Assembly (NCBI GenBank): GCA_028534125.1
Contig: CM052818.1
Coordinates: 19,718,001 to 19,782,000, forward strand
Length of the DNA: 64,000 nucleotides
Direction: 5' to 3'
Source of the DNA: Lama glama
Lineage: Eukaryota
Shown: one piece after another, positions 23,641-37,310 of the stretch
Position numbering within the stretch: position 1 is the stretch's first letter
Layout of the letters: each line of letters starts with the position of its first letter
Notes under the pieces: model-generated
Seen by the model: only the letters and a program-made list of their open reading frames with translations
Database searches by the model: none
What the model was told of the DNA's origin: nothing
Translations under genes and position numbers: made by a program

Positions 23641-24654
23641 GCTGTGGTGAGAGGGGCAGGCCTGAGTCACCAGGCGGGGCACAGAGAGGAGACTTGGGAA
23701 GAGCCCTGACGATGCCCTCTGCTGGGTTACGCTCCAGCCCAGGGCTGTCCTCCCACCTGGGCGTCATGGAAGGAACGCCTGTTTCTCGTGATGGATTTTA
23801 GGAGGGTCACATTTGCTTGTTGTTGCTTTATATAAAAGCCTTGCCTAAAACATAAATTTAAAACCATAGTTTAATCTAGTTCTCAGGACCTGGTATCACC
23901 TATGTGGTAACACAGCCCAGAACATGGGACATGGGATGTTAGGAGAAGGGACCTTAGGGATCCCCTAGTCCGGCTCCTTCTTTGATAGAAGGTCTTTTGG
24001 AAAAGCCCAAACAGGTCCAAGGCGATCAGACCACGGTCCTCTGCTTGGCACAAGAGGCTGAAGGACCGAGTGTGCTGCTAAATAGGGGGCATCAAAATGA
24101 AGATGTACGCCAGGTGCTGTTGAGAACGTGCCTGTCAACTTTCCAGATACATTTTTGAAGTTACAACTGGAATGCTTACCAGGAATTACTCATACTTATG
24201 ACTAACATTACTGAGGCCAAAACAATACTGCTGGGTGCAGCGGTCTGAGGCTGGGTACACGGCTGCAGGTACTGTTCTGGCTAGGCAGTATCCCGTCTCC
24301 CAGTCAGGTCTTGAGAGCCTGGTACCAATGTTCATAGCTGTGTCATTCGAAGGTTGCAGCTACTGCCTACAGTTATCAGGAAATTAGCTGATTATATCTG
24401 TTTATATCTCGCTCTGCTGTTCTGAACAAATGGTGTGTATTTGGGATCCTAGCATTTCCAAAATGGGCAAAAGTTACATAAGGATTTGTGGGAAAAATAA
24501 ATAAGTTTTCCATTATAAAAATTTTGGCAACCAAGATTTTCGTTTGGGGAAAATAATAGCTATATTTAGAATAAATAAGCCAACAGATTGAAGACACAAT
24601 TTGCTGATAATTGGTAGACAGTGTACTATTGAATGGAGGAAAGTAATGTGAGAA

Positions 24655-24710
24655 TATACATATATACATAAACATATGTATATATATATACACATATACA
24701 CATATATGCA
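24655..24710. repeat. (TA/CA)n microsatellite
   Basis: 'atatacatatatacataaacatatgtatatatatatacacatatacacatatatg'. Confidence 0.85.
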
Positions 24711-24729
24711 TTCAGCTCTGGATGAGAGA

Positions 24730-25140
24730 ATGATACAGGTTTGATTCTTCAGAATCAGATATTGAGTCAGACAGAGTTTGGGGTGCAGGATATTTTGGGG
24801 GATCCTCAACTATAAAGAAAAGAAGGAGAAAGTAGGATGGGACAGAGAAGAAATGGAATTGCAGTGAGGCTTTGGCCAATCCAGCAGGGAGTTTGGAGCA
24901 AATAGTGTCGTTCAGAGTTATTTGGAATGTCTGTGCCTTTAGGTCCCTGCTCTCTGTTACTGGATGCAGATTGCCCTGGGAAGGGCATGACCTTGAGCAT
25001 GGCAGCTTTATGCAGCCAGGTAGCTCTTTGCAGCTGACGCTGACCCTGAAGAAGCTGACCTACAGCTGGACGCTGTAGATGGGGAGCAGGTCCTTTCTGG
25101 GAGAGGGATCTAGGCAGTGCATCTTGTCTACCGCAGACGG
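24730..25140 (-). mobile_element. ERVL LTR (LTR16/LTR33 group)
   Basis: 'cagagtttggggtgcaggatattttgggggatc...gaaagtaggatgggacagagaagaa...ttggccaatccagcagggagtttggagc...gggcatgaccttgagc'. Confidence 0.55.
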
Positions 25141-26114
25141 TGGTGCCCTGATACTCTCGGTCACTTTATTTTGACAACCTCTTTTGTCTCTGACTCATTC
25201 TGGAGTTGCCTCTCCCTCTTCTCTTGGTTTACTCTCTAGCCTCCTTGCTCAGCTAAAGGCAATTTGAGGATAGGAGGACAAAGAAAGAAAAAAGTATTCC
25301 AGCTCTTTCCCTTCACCTCTCCAGCTTTGGATGTGGCTATGCGCAAATATTTATAGTCCCGATGACCTCCAATCCCTCAGGCTTGGCTCCAGCTTCCAGC
25401 TTCAGTGCCTTTGTCCAAGTCATTAATCCCCTGGAATAGGCCTCCACCTGTTTCTGCCCATCACCTTTTCTGCGAAACCCCAAATCCCTACTCCCACTGC
25501 TCACAAACTACATCTGAGGAGACACTTAACTATCCATCCTTTGTTTCATACAGAAAGTCTTTGCAAAAACTAATACTTGAAGAAATAGGAGTATACCCCT
25601 ATTTTATTCCCCAGAGGACCTAGTAGTATTGGGTGCATGGTATGTACTCAGGTATTTTTGTATTGAATTGAAGGACATTTCTTTTAGAAGGAATGTTCAA
25701 AATGTAAACTGGTTAAATTCCAACCATATACAAACACTTCTGGCTGCTGCAGTCTCCTATTTGAAGGGAAATTAGTGATTATGAAGGAATCTGGGAGAGC
25801 AGCATGTGGGAATTTATATTCATTCATTCATCAAACAGCAAAACAACTATTTCTAGGTTCTTAACCAGGACTGACTGGGCTTTCAGAGTCATACTGCACA
25901 GGGAGGAGTTACTGCGTCCAAATTCAGATCCATGGCTCTTGGACTGATAACTTTGGGGGACACCAATTATTTCATTTGAGCCATCAGCAACTCCTGCAAT
26001 CTAATCTTAGGCTTTTTAAAGGTTCATCAAATAAAGAAAAAGTAGAATAGTCCCCTTGGCATATTTAAGATAATTTAAATGCGTTCAAAATTTATGGCTC
26101 CCTTGAGTATCGAC

Positions 26115-28812
26115 TGGAGGGTCCGGAGGCTCTGAGATCTTTTCAGGAGGTCTGTGAGGTCAAAAGTATTTCATAACAATACTAAGACACTATATGCTTT
26201 TTTCACTTTCATTCTGTCACAAGTATAAGTGTTTTCCAGAGGGCACATGGTATATGATGACATCATTGCTCTGGCAACTAATGGAATGTGTGCTTTGTGT
26301 ATTCTTGTGTTTTCTAGAACTTTCTAGGTTGGTAGGTTAAGGGTATAAATGTGTGCATTTTCAGAGATTAATTCAGTTTTTTCACAATACTTGGACTATA
26401 TTCTATGTTTCCTTATATCTGTTATAATTTCTGTAACTTAGTTATTGCCCAGTGATTTGTTTTAAATCTCAAAGTTTTCCCTGCATCTATTTGGAAATTC
26501 AACAAGAAATAAATATATTTTGTTGTTTTCTGCAATAATATTAAATTTAAAAAAAGCTTTTCAAATTAATTTTTAATCTAAAATGGTTTCTTTAGAATTC
26601 ATTATTTTATTCTAAAATCAGAAGAAGTATTTATGGGGAGGGTATAGTTCAAGTGGTAGAGCACATGCTTAGCATGCACAAGGTCTTGGGTTCAATCCCC
26701 AGTTACTCCTCTGTAAACAAACAAATAAACAAACCTAATTACCCCCCCACCAAAAAAAGGAAAAATAAATATTTAAAGGACATTTTCACTATATTTAAGA
26801 ATGGGTCATTGGCTTAAAAAGAAAAAACACAGATAAGATGACACACTTTCTCAATCCACACCTGTAGTGTAGCATCTGCATCCAAAGACACTGAAGAAGA
26901 TGAGAGTGAGACGTCAGAGTTTCCTGCCCCAGGGAAGAAAGCAGCAACTTCAAAGCAACTGGATAAAAACATTGATAAGAAATGAAAATACAAGGAAAGA
27001 GACCTTCCTCTCACCTTTATGGATGCTAGTAATTTACCTCATTATGTCTTATACAACAAAAAATTTCAAATTGTCACTTTGAGACTAATTTGAGTTTAAA
27101 GAAAAAGGAATAGTTTACATGTAGACATGATACGCTCTTTAAAATCTAAAATTGTTTCAGGTTTTCAAACTAATGCTGGAAAAGATAATGAATCATCCTA
27201 TAGGGTGAGTTATATTGCATTGGCTACAGAAGTACATGCAACATTGAAAGAATAAAGTCTTGCATAGTTGACATTGCTGAATGCCTCCTGGATGAGAAGT
27301 CAGTCAGAGAAAGCAGTGCCACTTCCCAGAAACACAAGGGCTTGTCATACAAGATTTCACTGCAAACATGAAGACTAAGTTAATATCTCCCCTACAGGAT
27401 TGCGTTTGTGCCTTAAAAATGAGTATATCTGCAGATGTGACTGACTCTGCTGTTTTGCTTATATCTGTCTATATCAGCCCCCATCAATCATTGAAGATCT
27501 CTTATGTGAATGCTGGGCAAAAACAGATGTGCTGAAATGGTCAAAGTGTTGAATAGCTTTTTCAAATCTCATGGTTTATCATACACAACTGTGTTGAAAT
27601 TTGCATTGATGGAGCAAAAGCAATGGTCGGCAAAAGGGGTGCCCCAGCATCAATCAAGTTGGCGGCACCAAACTGTAGTAGGGGTTACTGTATTCTTTCC
27701 TGCCATGCACTGGCAAAACAGGAGCCAGCTTCACCTCTGGAAGCTCTGGCTGAAGCAGTAAAAATAGTTAGTTTTACTCAGTTTCAACTCTTGAATACAC
27801 ATCTTTTTAATACACTGCGTGACAAAATAGGAAGTGCACAGAAGCATTCTGCTGCATCTCAGAGTAAATGGTTGTCTCCAAGAAAAGCACTTGCATAACT
27901 GAGTTTCAAGCTGAACTGGCCACTTTTTAATGGAAAACCATATTTACCTGAAAGAATGGCAAACTATGGTTATTCAGACTTGAGTATCTGGCAGACATTT
28001 TCTTGAAAATGTCACTTCAGAGAAAATAATTGGAAGTATTTGTTGCTGATGATAAAATTTGAGCCTTCAATCAAAAATTAGAATTTTGGAAAACTTGAGT
28101 TGCCCAATATTTATTTACAGATGAGATCAGGGGTGCTCTTACCAAATGTGCTTTTTTTGATATTGTATATTGAAAGGAGTAAATATTTGGAAGAACTGCA
28201 TAACTCAGTGAACTAATATTTTCCAGATGACCAATGTACAGTGCTACAAAACTCATTCAGAGTGCAAGATAGATCATTGGATTTTAATGTAATAAATTTT
28301 AAAAGTTCATTGATATGGTTTCAGACTCTACTTTGCAACTAGCCGTTAAGAAACTACCATGTGCTGAGTTTTACTCTAATATCATTGAAGAATATCCACA
28401 ATTATTTGAACAGGCTGTTAAAACACTCCTCTCCTTTTCCAACTACACATCTATGTGAGGCCAGTTTCTTTCTATGCTTTAACCAAAGCAGCATCCTGCC
28501 ACAGATTGAATGCAGAGGTACATAAGAATATCCAGTTGTCTTCTACTAAGCCAGATGTTAAAGACTTTCAAAAATTAAAACAATATGCTGCTCTTATCAC
28601 TAAACTTCTACAAAATATATTATTTTTCAGAAAGTATTATTTATGTTAATATAATGGATTTATTTAAAAAATAAATAACAAAGATCTTAATTTGTTTTAA
28701 TTTCTAAAATGATAAACATTGACAGATAAATCAACAAAAGTTTTTGGGGGAGTCATCAAAACTTTTATAGTATAAACTGGAATCTTGAGACCAAATAGTT
28801 TGACGACTGCTG
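26115..28812 (+). mobile_element. Near-full-length Charlie1-type hAT DNA transposon fossil
   Basis: 5' region 'tttcaggaggtctgtgaggtcaaaagtatttcataacaatactaagac'; 3' TIR 'gagaccaaatagtttgacgactgctg' followed by ccctaaac; transposase remnant in ORF 27623..27898 (IKLAAPNC..YCILSCHALA..EAVKIVSF..LNTHLF..KWLSPRKAL). Confidence 0.85.
26635..26770 (+). mobile_element. tRNA-Ala-derived SINE (Vic-1 type) inside Charlie1
   Basis: 'ggggagggtatagttcaagtggtagagcacatgcttagcatgcacaaggtcttgggttcaatccccag' (A and B boxes), then 'aaataaacaaacctaattacccccc' and an A-rich tail. Confidence 0.9.
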
Positions 28813-29814
28813 CCCTAAACTGATAGAACTTAGGATTTTTAGGGAAATGGGCTCAGGTGACCAGAGGTGTGCATCAGTTAGGAGGGATGTGGTTCTAACT
28901 AATCCCAGAAAGAGACAAGAGAACAGAGACACAGGTAAAAGACCACACAACTGCCACACCTGAGGGTCTGGTGCGGATTAAAGCAGTGCTTTTGTAAGGG
29001 TGGGGCCATATCATTTCCTGAAGGAATCATTCACTGGACATCGAGACTCCTGGTAAGCTTGGAGAGATTCTTTTTCCAAGGTGTGAGGCTGGGAGACCCA
29101 GACAATTACTGTTTTTAACTACTTAATGTATTTAACCAAAATATTCACATTAAGTATATTTTGGGTCATTCAATGTTATCCTTTCATTTAATTACAGAAT
29201 AAAATATTTGATCTTGGGTCAACTACTATAAAGTCTTTAAACCTAAAAGAACTAGAATGACCCAAAGAGATTAGAACTATTCTCTCCTCAAAAACTTCCT
29301 GGTTTGATTATGTAAAAACAAACAAACAAAAAACCCCACAGTATTATTAGCTTTCTTGAACTCAGAGAAGAATCAAATGAGTTAAGTAGAATTGAGCTTC
29401 AGTTGAGCCAAAGTGGTTTGTTTTGGAATACCTTCCCTTCACTTTGACCTTCCTTCCCACGCTGACGGACCTGGAGAACAGGACCCTCTGCTCTGCAGAA
29501 CACACACGCTGAGACAGCAGCCAGGACCCAAGGACAGGACACGCACTAGAAGTCACAAACCATTAAAATCAGAACACCGCTTTCTTTGGCTTGATCTGTA
29601 TAATGGTGGTCAGAGGCATTCCTTAAAGAGTCATACAGTTTTCAGAACATTCCATTAGAAACTGCTCCAGTGTAGGTCCCAAGATTCTAAACATTTTGCC
29701 TTAGAGAATGAAAGCACCACTCTGATGTCCACCCAGCATAAACTGACACATTCAGGAGGGACAGCTCTGTGGCTTTTGTCTATGTCCCACTGTCTTTTGT
29801 CTCTCAGGAAAAAT

Positions 29815-29850
29815 TTGATTAGGTAGAAGCACTTAATCAGGTAGAAGCAC
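29815..29850. repeat. 18-bp tandem duplication
   Basis: ttgattaggtagaagcac / ttaatcaggtagaagcac. Confidence 0.8.
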
Positions 29851-31134
29851 GTTCCTCCTATCCATGATTGATGTACACTGCAGGTCCTCTGAGCCTCACC
29901 TCTCAACAGATGGCAGGCACTTCAGCATCAAAGCAAAACCGACATCTAAACTGCCAGCAGTTCTAGAGTCAAAAGCTGTGAATGCAGTCTCTCTATGGTT
30001 TAAAGGGGTTATATAACCAGCAAAATGATGCAGTAAAACCTAAAAAGGTTAAATCTCAATTTCCAAATTAAGAGACTTTTAACTCTAAGGCAGTCAGCCA
30101 ATTAAACCATAAAGTTAGAATAAAGTATGAGTATTTTATTAATGTTTTTGACACAAGATGAGGTAAAACAAGCAGTTACACGATGCCGCCTTGTTCTTTA
30201 ACTCCTTCAAATGGAAGAGATTGAAGTTTTAGGGCAAAACATCACGTTTTATGCTTTTTAAATGTAGGCACAATAGGTACTTCAGTTCCTTTATTTTTGA
30301 AAGTTAATCTGTTCTTTGAACAATATTTACTGAGTGCCTGCCACGGGCCAAGCAGTGGGCTGGGCACTAGAGATCCAGCTGGGAACTTAGTGGTGAGGTC
30401 TCTGCCCTCCCGAAGCAGTGATTCTGCCTGTAAAATGGGGAGGTGGCAAACAAATTTGATGAAAAGGGACACTAGCGAATTTTTCCAAAGATGTCAGTCA
30501 TGAAAGGAGCCACACTGGTTTTCAAAGCCTCAGGCAGCTGTTGTTAACAGTGTGGATTTCCCACAGGATGACACAGTTGTGAGCACTCGTGCTGGTGGTA
30601 CAAGAGAGCCTCTACGGGTCTGACAGCAGCCTGTAGCCAAGCCCGTGCTGTGTGTGTGCATGTTTCCCAGGCCCACATTCAAAGCCAAGGTTGTAAAATA
30701 AAATGATGCATTTGGAGAAAAATAATTCATGAAACTTTTCTATGCTTATTGTCATGCTTCTACCCAGATGTAAAAACAGGAACTAAATTCATAATAACTA
30801 TACTTCTGTTGATTCCAAAGATAAATTCTTTTGCTTTATGGAAAACTAAAACATCTTATGAGCACCAAGATGAAAATCTGAATAGAATTATGGTTCGCTT
30901 TATCCTATCTGCTTCCCAGTAATTTTCTGAGATTTAGAGATAATGTTTAACAGTTTATATCCTTCAGTAAAACTCCACAGTGGACCAGCAGTATATAGGA
31001 GGACTCCTGGCTGAATTCACATTTTAGTCAAGCCTCCCACAGAAAAAAGGGAAGGCCAGTTTTGATCAGGAGCTCGAGATTCCAGTTCTGCGTTTCTACT
31101 AATGGAATTATAGTGATGGATGTAAGGATAAAGA

Positions 31135-31330
31135 AAATGACACTTACTGACCATCGACGATATGCCAGGCCCCGTGCTGTGTGCGTCTGAGGGATTATTC
31201 AGCCTACTTCCCCAGCACAGCGAGGCAGACAGGTGAGCCCGAGAAGAGTGAAGAAACTTACGGTTAGCAGGTCGCGGAGCTGAGCACAACCCGAGCGGTC
31301 TGACAGCAGCCATGCAGCCGTGAAGTAAAC
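31135..31330 (-). mobile_element. MIR SINE, unusually CpG-rich
   Basis: 'gacacttactga...tatgccaggccccgtgct...gagaagagtgaagaaactt...ttagcaggtcgcggagctgag...aacccgagcggtctgac'. Confidence 0.55.
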
Positions 31331-32929
31331 CGGAGTTCTTCACAAGGAGAATGTGATGGGAAGGACTTCTTTCTTAGTTTAAAAATTATGTTAGGTAAGT
31401 CTTCTCAGTCTTATATTAACTCACATATTACAAAATATCCATTTTTCCAAATGCCACAAAGTTCTGAAAATCAGTGTTTGGTGCTTTATCTGTCATTTCT
31501 TATCTGAGATGATTTCCAAAATACAATTCCACAAAATGGGCTGATATTTTCTTCGTGATGAGAAGACACAAAAGCCAAGAGAAACTGTGATTTGACCAAG
31601 ATGAGATGAGTGGTGGCTTCGAAGCCCAAACCCAAGTCTTCTAAACCTATCACATCTCAACTCTCTAAAATCTCACAAAACTTCGTCCAGTCTTTCTTCA
31701 AGGGTATTGTTTTCTATTTTTAAAAAAGATGACTTTCAGTACCGTATACCTCAGGGCCTGTAGTTTCAGATACAGTTACCTCCAAGTGCATGAGATGAGT
31801 GCCTCCGTGTTTCCAGCACTCATTGCTTTGTTCTGTGTATTATCCATGGATTTCCCCGTTCACCACAGGAGGGCTGTCAGACTAGTTATCTCCGTGTCTC
31901 TTTTTTAGAGCTATCTGGATGGACAGCCTGGTGCCCATACTACAGGGGAGAACAGTCTCCATACCTACATTTCATCCATTCAAACATGACCCCTTGAGTC
32001 TCTTCACCCCTGTAATAAGACCAGCAACCTGTCCTTTAGAGGTTCCGTGAACTGACTCTGTGATCACAATCCATTTGAAAGCACCCTACCATACACGGGC
32101 TATTTTGCCATTTCTACAGTGGCATTCCTTCATGGGTTTACTGAAGTTCTAAATAGCTTTAAGGTGTTAGTGTAAAGGCAATTACCTTTATCTTTTGTGC
32201 TTATTATATATGTGTGTGTGTGTGTTCATACATACACATTTTCTTCTTTGTGTTGGAACTCACTAGAAGCTACCCAAAGAATTCTGGGAAAAAAATGCAT
32301 GCTTCTTAAAAATCTCTTAACATAAAAAGGAGGATGATTTGGACACTATGTATGAAAACAATGTTAGGGAAACAGATAAGGGGGCAGAAAGTAAAGATGT
32401 GTCCATTTGATTTTATCATCCACAAGGCCCTGTATTCTGGATTTTCAAGCAGAAAACACAATCTATATTATTTTTTTTTGTATGAAATCTACTCTGAAAC
32501 ACTTTTTAGTTTCAGATATGGTATATTTCCAATTTCCTGCTTTTAGTGAAAGATCTTACTATGCATGCTTTTAAATATCTAGTTGTACTTTTAGCATATA
32601 CAACAGTGTATTTCGTCTTATAGAGTCACCTGTTTTTGCTAGATAGCTGTGGAATGTTTAAAGAGGGTCCAAATATATTGAAAAAGATATCCACTCTTAA
32701 TACTAGGAAAGTATTTCAATTTACACACACACACAGTTTTAGTTACATGTGAGGTAAGTGGATGACAATGCAGAAACAGTCAATGGTATAGTGTTAGTGG
32801 ATGATGGGAAATTTTCCTTTTCTGAAAAATGCTGACAAGAAGGAATCAATGGTGCAACTGGGTGAAGAGATTCTAGGAAAAACATAGCTGCTGGAAATAC
32901 AGTCAAATATTCTGGCCTGGATTATTTTT

Positions 32930-33990
32930 TTCCAGAGAACTAAGAGTCTCCAAATAAGGTCTCTGAAGGCTGAGTCATCAGAGGTGTTGAGGAAAATGGA
33001 AAGCTTGCTGGAAGACCAGAGAGAGGTTTAGCTTTGAAAAGGGGAGGCAGGTGGTTTACAAACTGCAGATCAATGAACTTGACATAATCCTAGGCAACAT
33101 TCTGGGATGGAATTATCCAAGATAGGGCCTGGGACAATGAGAAAGTGGTACTCTCCAGGAACCAGTGTGGGCTCACCAAGAACAATCCATGTCAGATTAA
33201 CCTCACATTTTTTCATATAGGACAAAACAACTTAATAGGAGATTACAGAAACAGGTAGAGCAATCTAGATTTAAGGACATGCAACAAGGTTTTTGTGATA
33301 TTTTTGTTAGTAAAGTGGAGAAATAAATAAAGAGGATTATTAATTCATTCACTAGTTTAACAAATATTAAGTATCTACTATATGTTAAGCCTTTGGCTGG
33401 GCACTGAGGATAAAATAGCAAACAAGACAGATGTGGGCTCTGTTCTGAGTTTCTCCAGAGGTAAAGTCAAAATCCAAAGCCAAATTAATAAAACATTTGC
33501 AAGTTTTGTAATAAAGACTATGAAGAAAGCAAAAGCAGGGCAGAGATGGAGAATAATATGAGGGAAGTCTCCTTTAAATGGCATGATCAGGTCTCTGAGC
33601 AGGTGATGAAGAATGAAAAGATCCTTTCTGGCTATGTGGGAGTGAGAGAATTTCAGTCAGGAGGGGGCAACAGGTGCAAAAGCCCGGAGGTGGGAAAGAC
33701 ACTGAGGTGTTGTAGCCAACGTAAGAAGGCCAGTGACAAGCAGAGAAGTGAGCAAGGTGGAGAACAGTGCTAGAAAAGCTGGGGAAATGGGTGGAGGACT
33801 CCCCAGATACCAAACTAGAGACTATGAATTAAGGACACTCTAGTGGCCTGTTGTTTCAACACTTTTATCAATGGCTTAGAATCTGTTTTTATCAGTTGTT
33901 GAAGAATCTGTTGTCCTCTGGAAATGAAAACAGGAGGACAAAGTTTTAGAAAAAATACAAATTTGTCTGACAAAATTAGGATCCCAAAAG
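32930..33990 (+). mobile_element. L3/CR1 RT fragment interrupted by an L2 (33340-33810)
   Basis: 'aaccagtgtgggctcaccaagaacaatccatgtcagattaacctcacattttttc' (decayed QHGF.K..SC.TNL) and 'ggcctgttgtttcaacacttttatcaatggcttaga' (GP.LFNIFINDL). Confidence 0.7.
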
Positions 33991-36589
33991 TGAAGTATCA
34001 TGGGTAAGAGCTTAGGTTCTGGTCTCAACTCATCTTTGAAACCTTGCTCCAATATTCACTCTCTCCATGACCTTGGACAAGTACTTCACCCCTCAAAGTC
34101 AGGTATCAAAGACAAGAAGAGGATTAGATGCAGCAGCTCAGGTAAATCTTATGTATTACATAATAATCTGTCTGCTGCATCAGGTTATGTGTGGTTGGTT
34201 TGTGGGGCCAGGAAGCTATTCTGGCAGCTTTCCCTCTGGAATTATTTTAGGTACATCACTCAGACTCGGAAAGAATTTATAGATCAAATGTAGGCCCATA
34301 ATGTTTATTTCGTTCATGTCACCAACAGACTATACCGCCTATCAGGTTATCTGTTTGAAGGATAAGAAATTTAGTGTAGCCAAATTTTAGAAATTTTAGT
34401 TTTCTAATCCTATTATTATTATTCAGATGGAAATTGTTAAGACAGTAAAGATATGATTTACAAATTTCTATCATTCACAGTGTTGTAACTACTAGTGTAT
34501 ACCAATTTTTTTCTTTATTCCTATAATGTCATTAAAATCCAATACTGGTCCTTTATTACACCCAAGAGCACCTAAAAATTTTATAAAATTAGATGGCAAA
34601 GCTTTAAATTATTCCAGTTCAATTTTTAAAATGTTAAAGTTTATAAAAGTACTATAAACTTAAAATAATTCATCTTAAAAAAATAGAAGCAAATAAAAAG
34701 TTAAGTAGGGTTAAGTGCATAATTGAATGTATTTTAAGAAAGATGAGAAAAGATTAAGCCAGTGTAATAACAGATTATATTAAGTTAAAAAAATACCATA
34801 AAATCTTAGGTTCCCATTTAGAAAGGGGTGTTTAGTAAATACTTAGAAATACCAGGCAGTAGTGCATTTCTGAATGTAATGCTGACTACTAAGTTAAAAT
34901 TCAATCAGTTTTCACTTACTAAAATTAAGAAATGAGAAAAACTACATCCATCACAATAGCACTTTGAGGGTTAAATTCAGTAACTCCTTACATCTTATTT
35001 TGCCGTCTTTTCTCAGCATTTTTGTCAGGTAAAAATTTTTTCTGATGTTGCTTTAGATTTTATGTAATTTTCCTATTTTCTCTATATAAATATACCTGGT
35101 GGTGATGAAGTTTTATTTGATCAAATGCTTATTAGGTTTTTTTTGCATTAAAAATATGCCTTTCAAAAATACACTGTCCACATTTAGTTTTACTTAAAAA
35201 CAGGATACATACTCGTATTAAATGGGAGATGGGAGGTACTAGCTTGGCTTTCTTATGATTTGCTTGAACTTGGAGAAATTATTTAACTGAAACATATTTA
35301 ACTGAAAATCTTCCATGCAAGCAAACTGCATTCTTTTCCTTACCCAAAATGGTGGTGATTTTTTTCCCCTTTGCAGTTTCTTTCATACTCCTCAGCGTAA
35401 TTCCAGTGCTACTGATCTGATCCAGGCAAATTTCCCAGGGCTTCCTTCCTCCACTGTCTCCTGGCTGTAACCCATCTTACAGCGGCTGGCATACTTGCTA
35501 CTTCTACCTTGCTCAAGAACCTAGATAAATTCAGGGTCTTTAATCCAGCGTATTCAACTGCTACCACCACCAGGCTCTTCCACCTCAACCCTGCCCTCAT
35601 CAGTTGCTACTTAGCACTACACTTCCACACCTGACTTCTCCACCATCTGCTAAAGCCAAATTCTTGACATTTTTGTGATGAAACAAATCTAAGACACCAA
35701 ATTACATTGCCTCCAGGTGGGTCACTTTTCTGTTTTTCCTCACCAAGCAGGCAATCAGTTTTTCCTTTTTGCTTAGTCTATGTCCACGTATTCTCATCAT
35801 TATATATTTATAAATTTGCCTGTGTCCCCATTAGTTTAACAGTTACATAAAGTGAGGGTTCTCATCTTCTGAAATTTAATTTTAAGAAATGATTAGTAAT
35901 TGGGCCTTAGCAGGGTCAGTTCCCCTAGCTTCTGAATGACATGCTTCAAAAGTCTGAAGAAACCTAGGTCCGCACTGAATCAGTAAAGCGCAGAATTTGA
36001 AGCACATCTGAGCACACTCTCTAAGTGGTTAAAGGCCTAATACTGTCTTCTTTCTGTGTTATCATCCATCTGTGTCTATATTTCATAAACTTTCATCCTT
36101 CAACTGTTAAAAATAGGAAAAATAGTGGAAGGGAATATAATGTTAATAGCAGTTACCTCTGATGATTACAAAACAGAAGTTAGAAGGGTCAGGGTTGGGG
36201 TTGGTGACGGTAGAGAAAATGATTATCTGGACTTTTTTGAGGCAGTGATTCTTTATAATCTTTAGTACTTTCTATATATTCCATAGTGTACCTGAATTTC
36301 CCATATAAAAATATGTACTAAAAAACATACACAAGTAAACTTGACACAGAAAGCATGACACCTAATTTGACATGGATAAAGTTTTAAAACTGAGTGTAAG
36401 GCTTCCGATTCTAGTATTTAAACAGTTTTTGAAAGACAAGTCCTCTATTCAAAGTAGATGACTTAAAAAAAAAACTAATGATACAGAATCTTGAATTGAC
36501 ACACTAGGGTAAAACTTCCCCCGAAAAAATACCTTACCCCCTGCAGAATCCCTAGCTGTTGCCTACCTGTCCTGTAGTTTCAAATATTA

Positions 36590-37310
36590 TCCATATAGCA
36601 ACTCTCCACATTTTTTCCCCTTAACTCTACATTCATACATCCAACTGCCCAGTGTCTCAGCATATCCAAGGAAGATCTGATTTACACCCTCCAATTTGCT
36701 CCTCCATTGTTTTCCTGAAGTCTCAGCTCATGGCATCACCATTCTTGCTCAAAATCAGTCATCTCTGATTTTTCTTCTTCATACCTAACCCACACCAAAT
36801 TCTCTCAGCTTCACCACCAACACTCCTCCCATGACTACCACTCCAGACCAAGTTCTCACCATCTCACCCAAATGACTGCAACAGCTGCCCTAATTTTGCC
36901 CCACTATGACTTGCTCTCCATCCACTAGAGGAATATAAAGCAGACCATGTCACTCCCCTACTTACCATCAGACTCAGAATAAAATTCAGGTTGCTTACTT
37001 TGGGCCCATAGTCCTAAGTGGTGAGACCCTTGCCAATCTCTATAACCTTATTACCTACCATTCCTGACACTCAATGGACTCATCCTACTGGCACCCTCTT
37101 TCTCAGCATATAAGCTCATTTCTTCTTTTAGACCTTCAGGTTTACTGTTCATCAAAATGCTCTTTTCTTTAACCTTGGTGATTTTCTTCTCATCATTCAA
37201 AGTCACTATTCCCCAAAGACCCTATTACTTTGTCTTGTAACCCACTGTATACCCATTATCTAAAATGGTGACTAGCAAATGGGTCTTCAATGAATATTTG
37301 TTGAATGAAT
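36590..37310 (+). mobile_element. L2 LINE 3' region
   Basis: 'gaccatgtcactcccctactta...cagaataaaattcaggttgctt' and terminal 'caatgaatatttgttgaatgaat'. Confidence 0.75.

Noticed and set aside
26635..26712. tRNA-Ala(AGC)-like sequence as a real tRNA gene (also the copies at 2037, 43319 and 43780)
   Set aside because: Stems are mutated, heads have extra 5' bases, and each has a SINE body and A-rich tail, three with clear TSDs; these are SINE copies.
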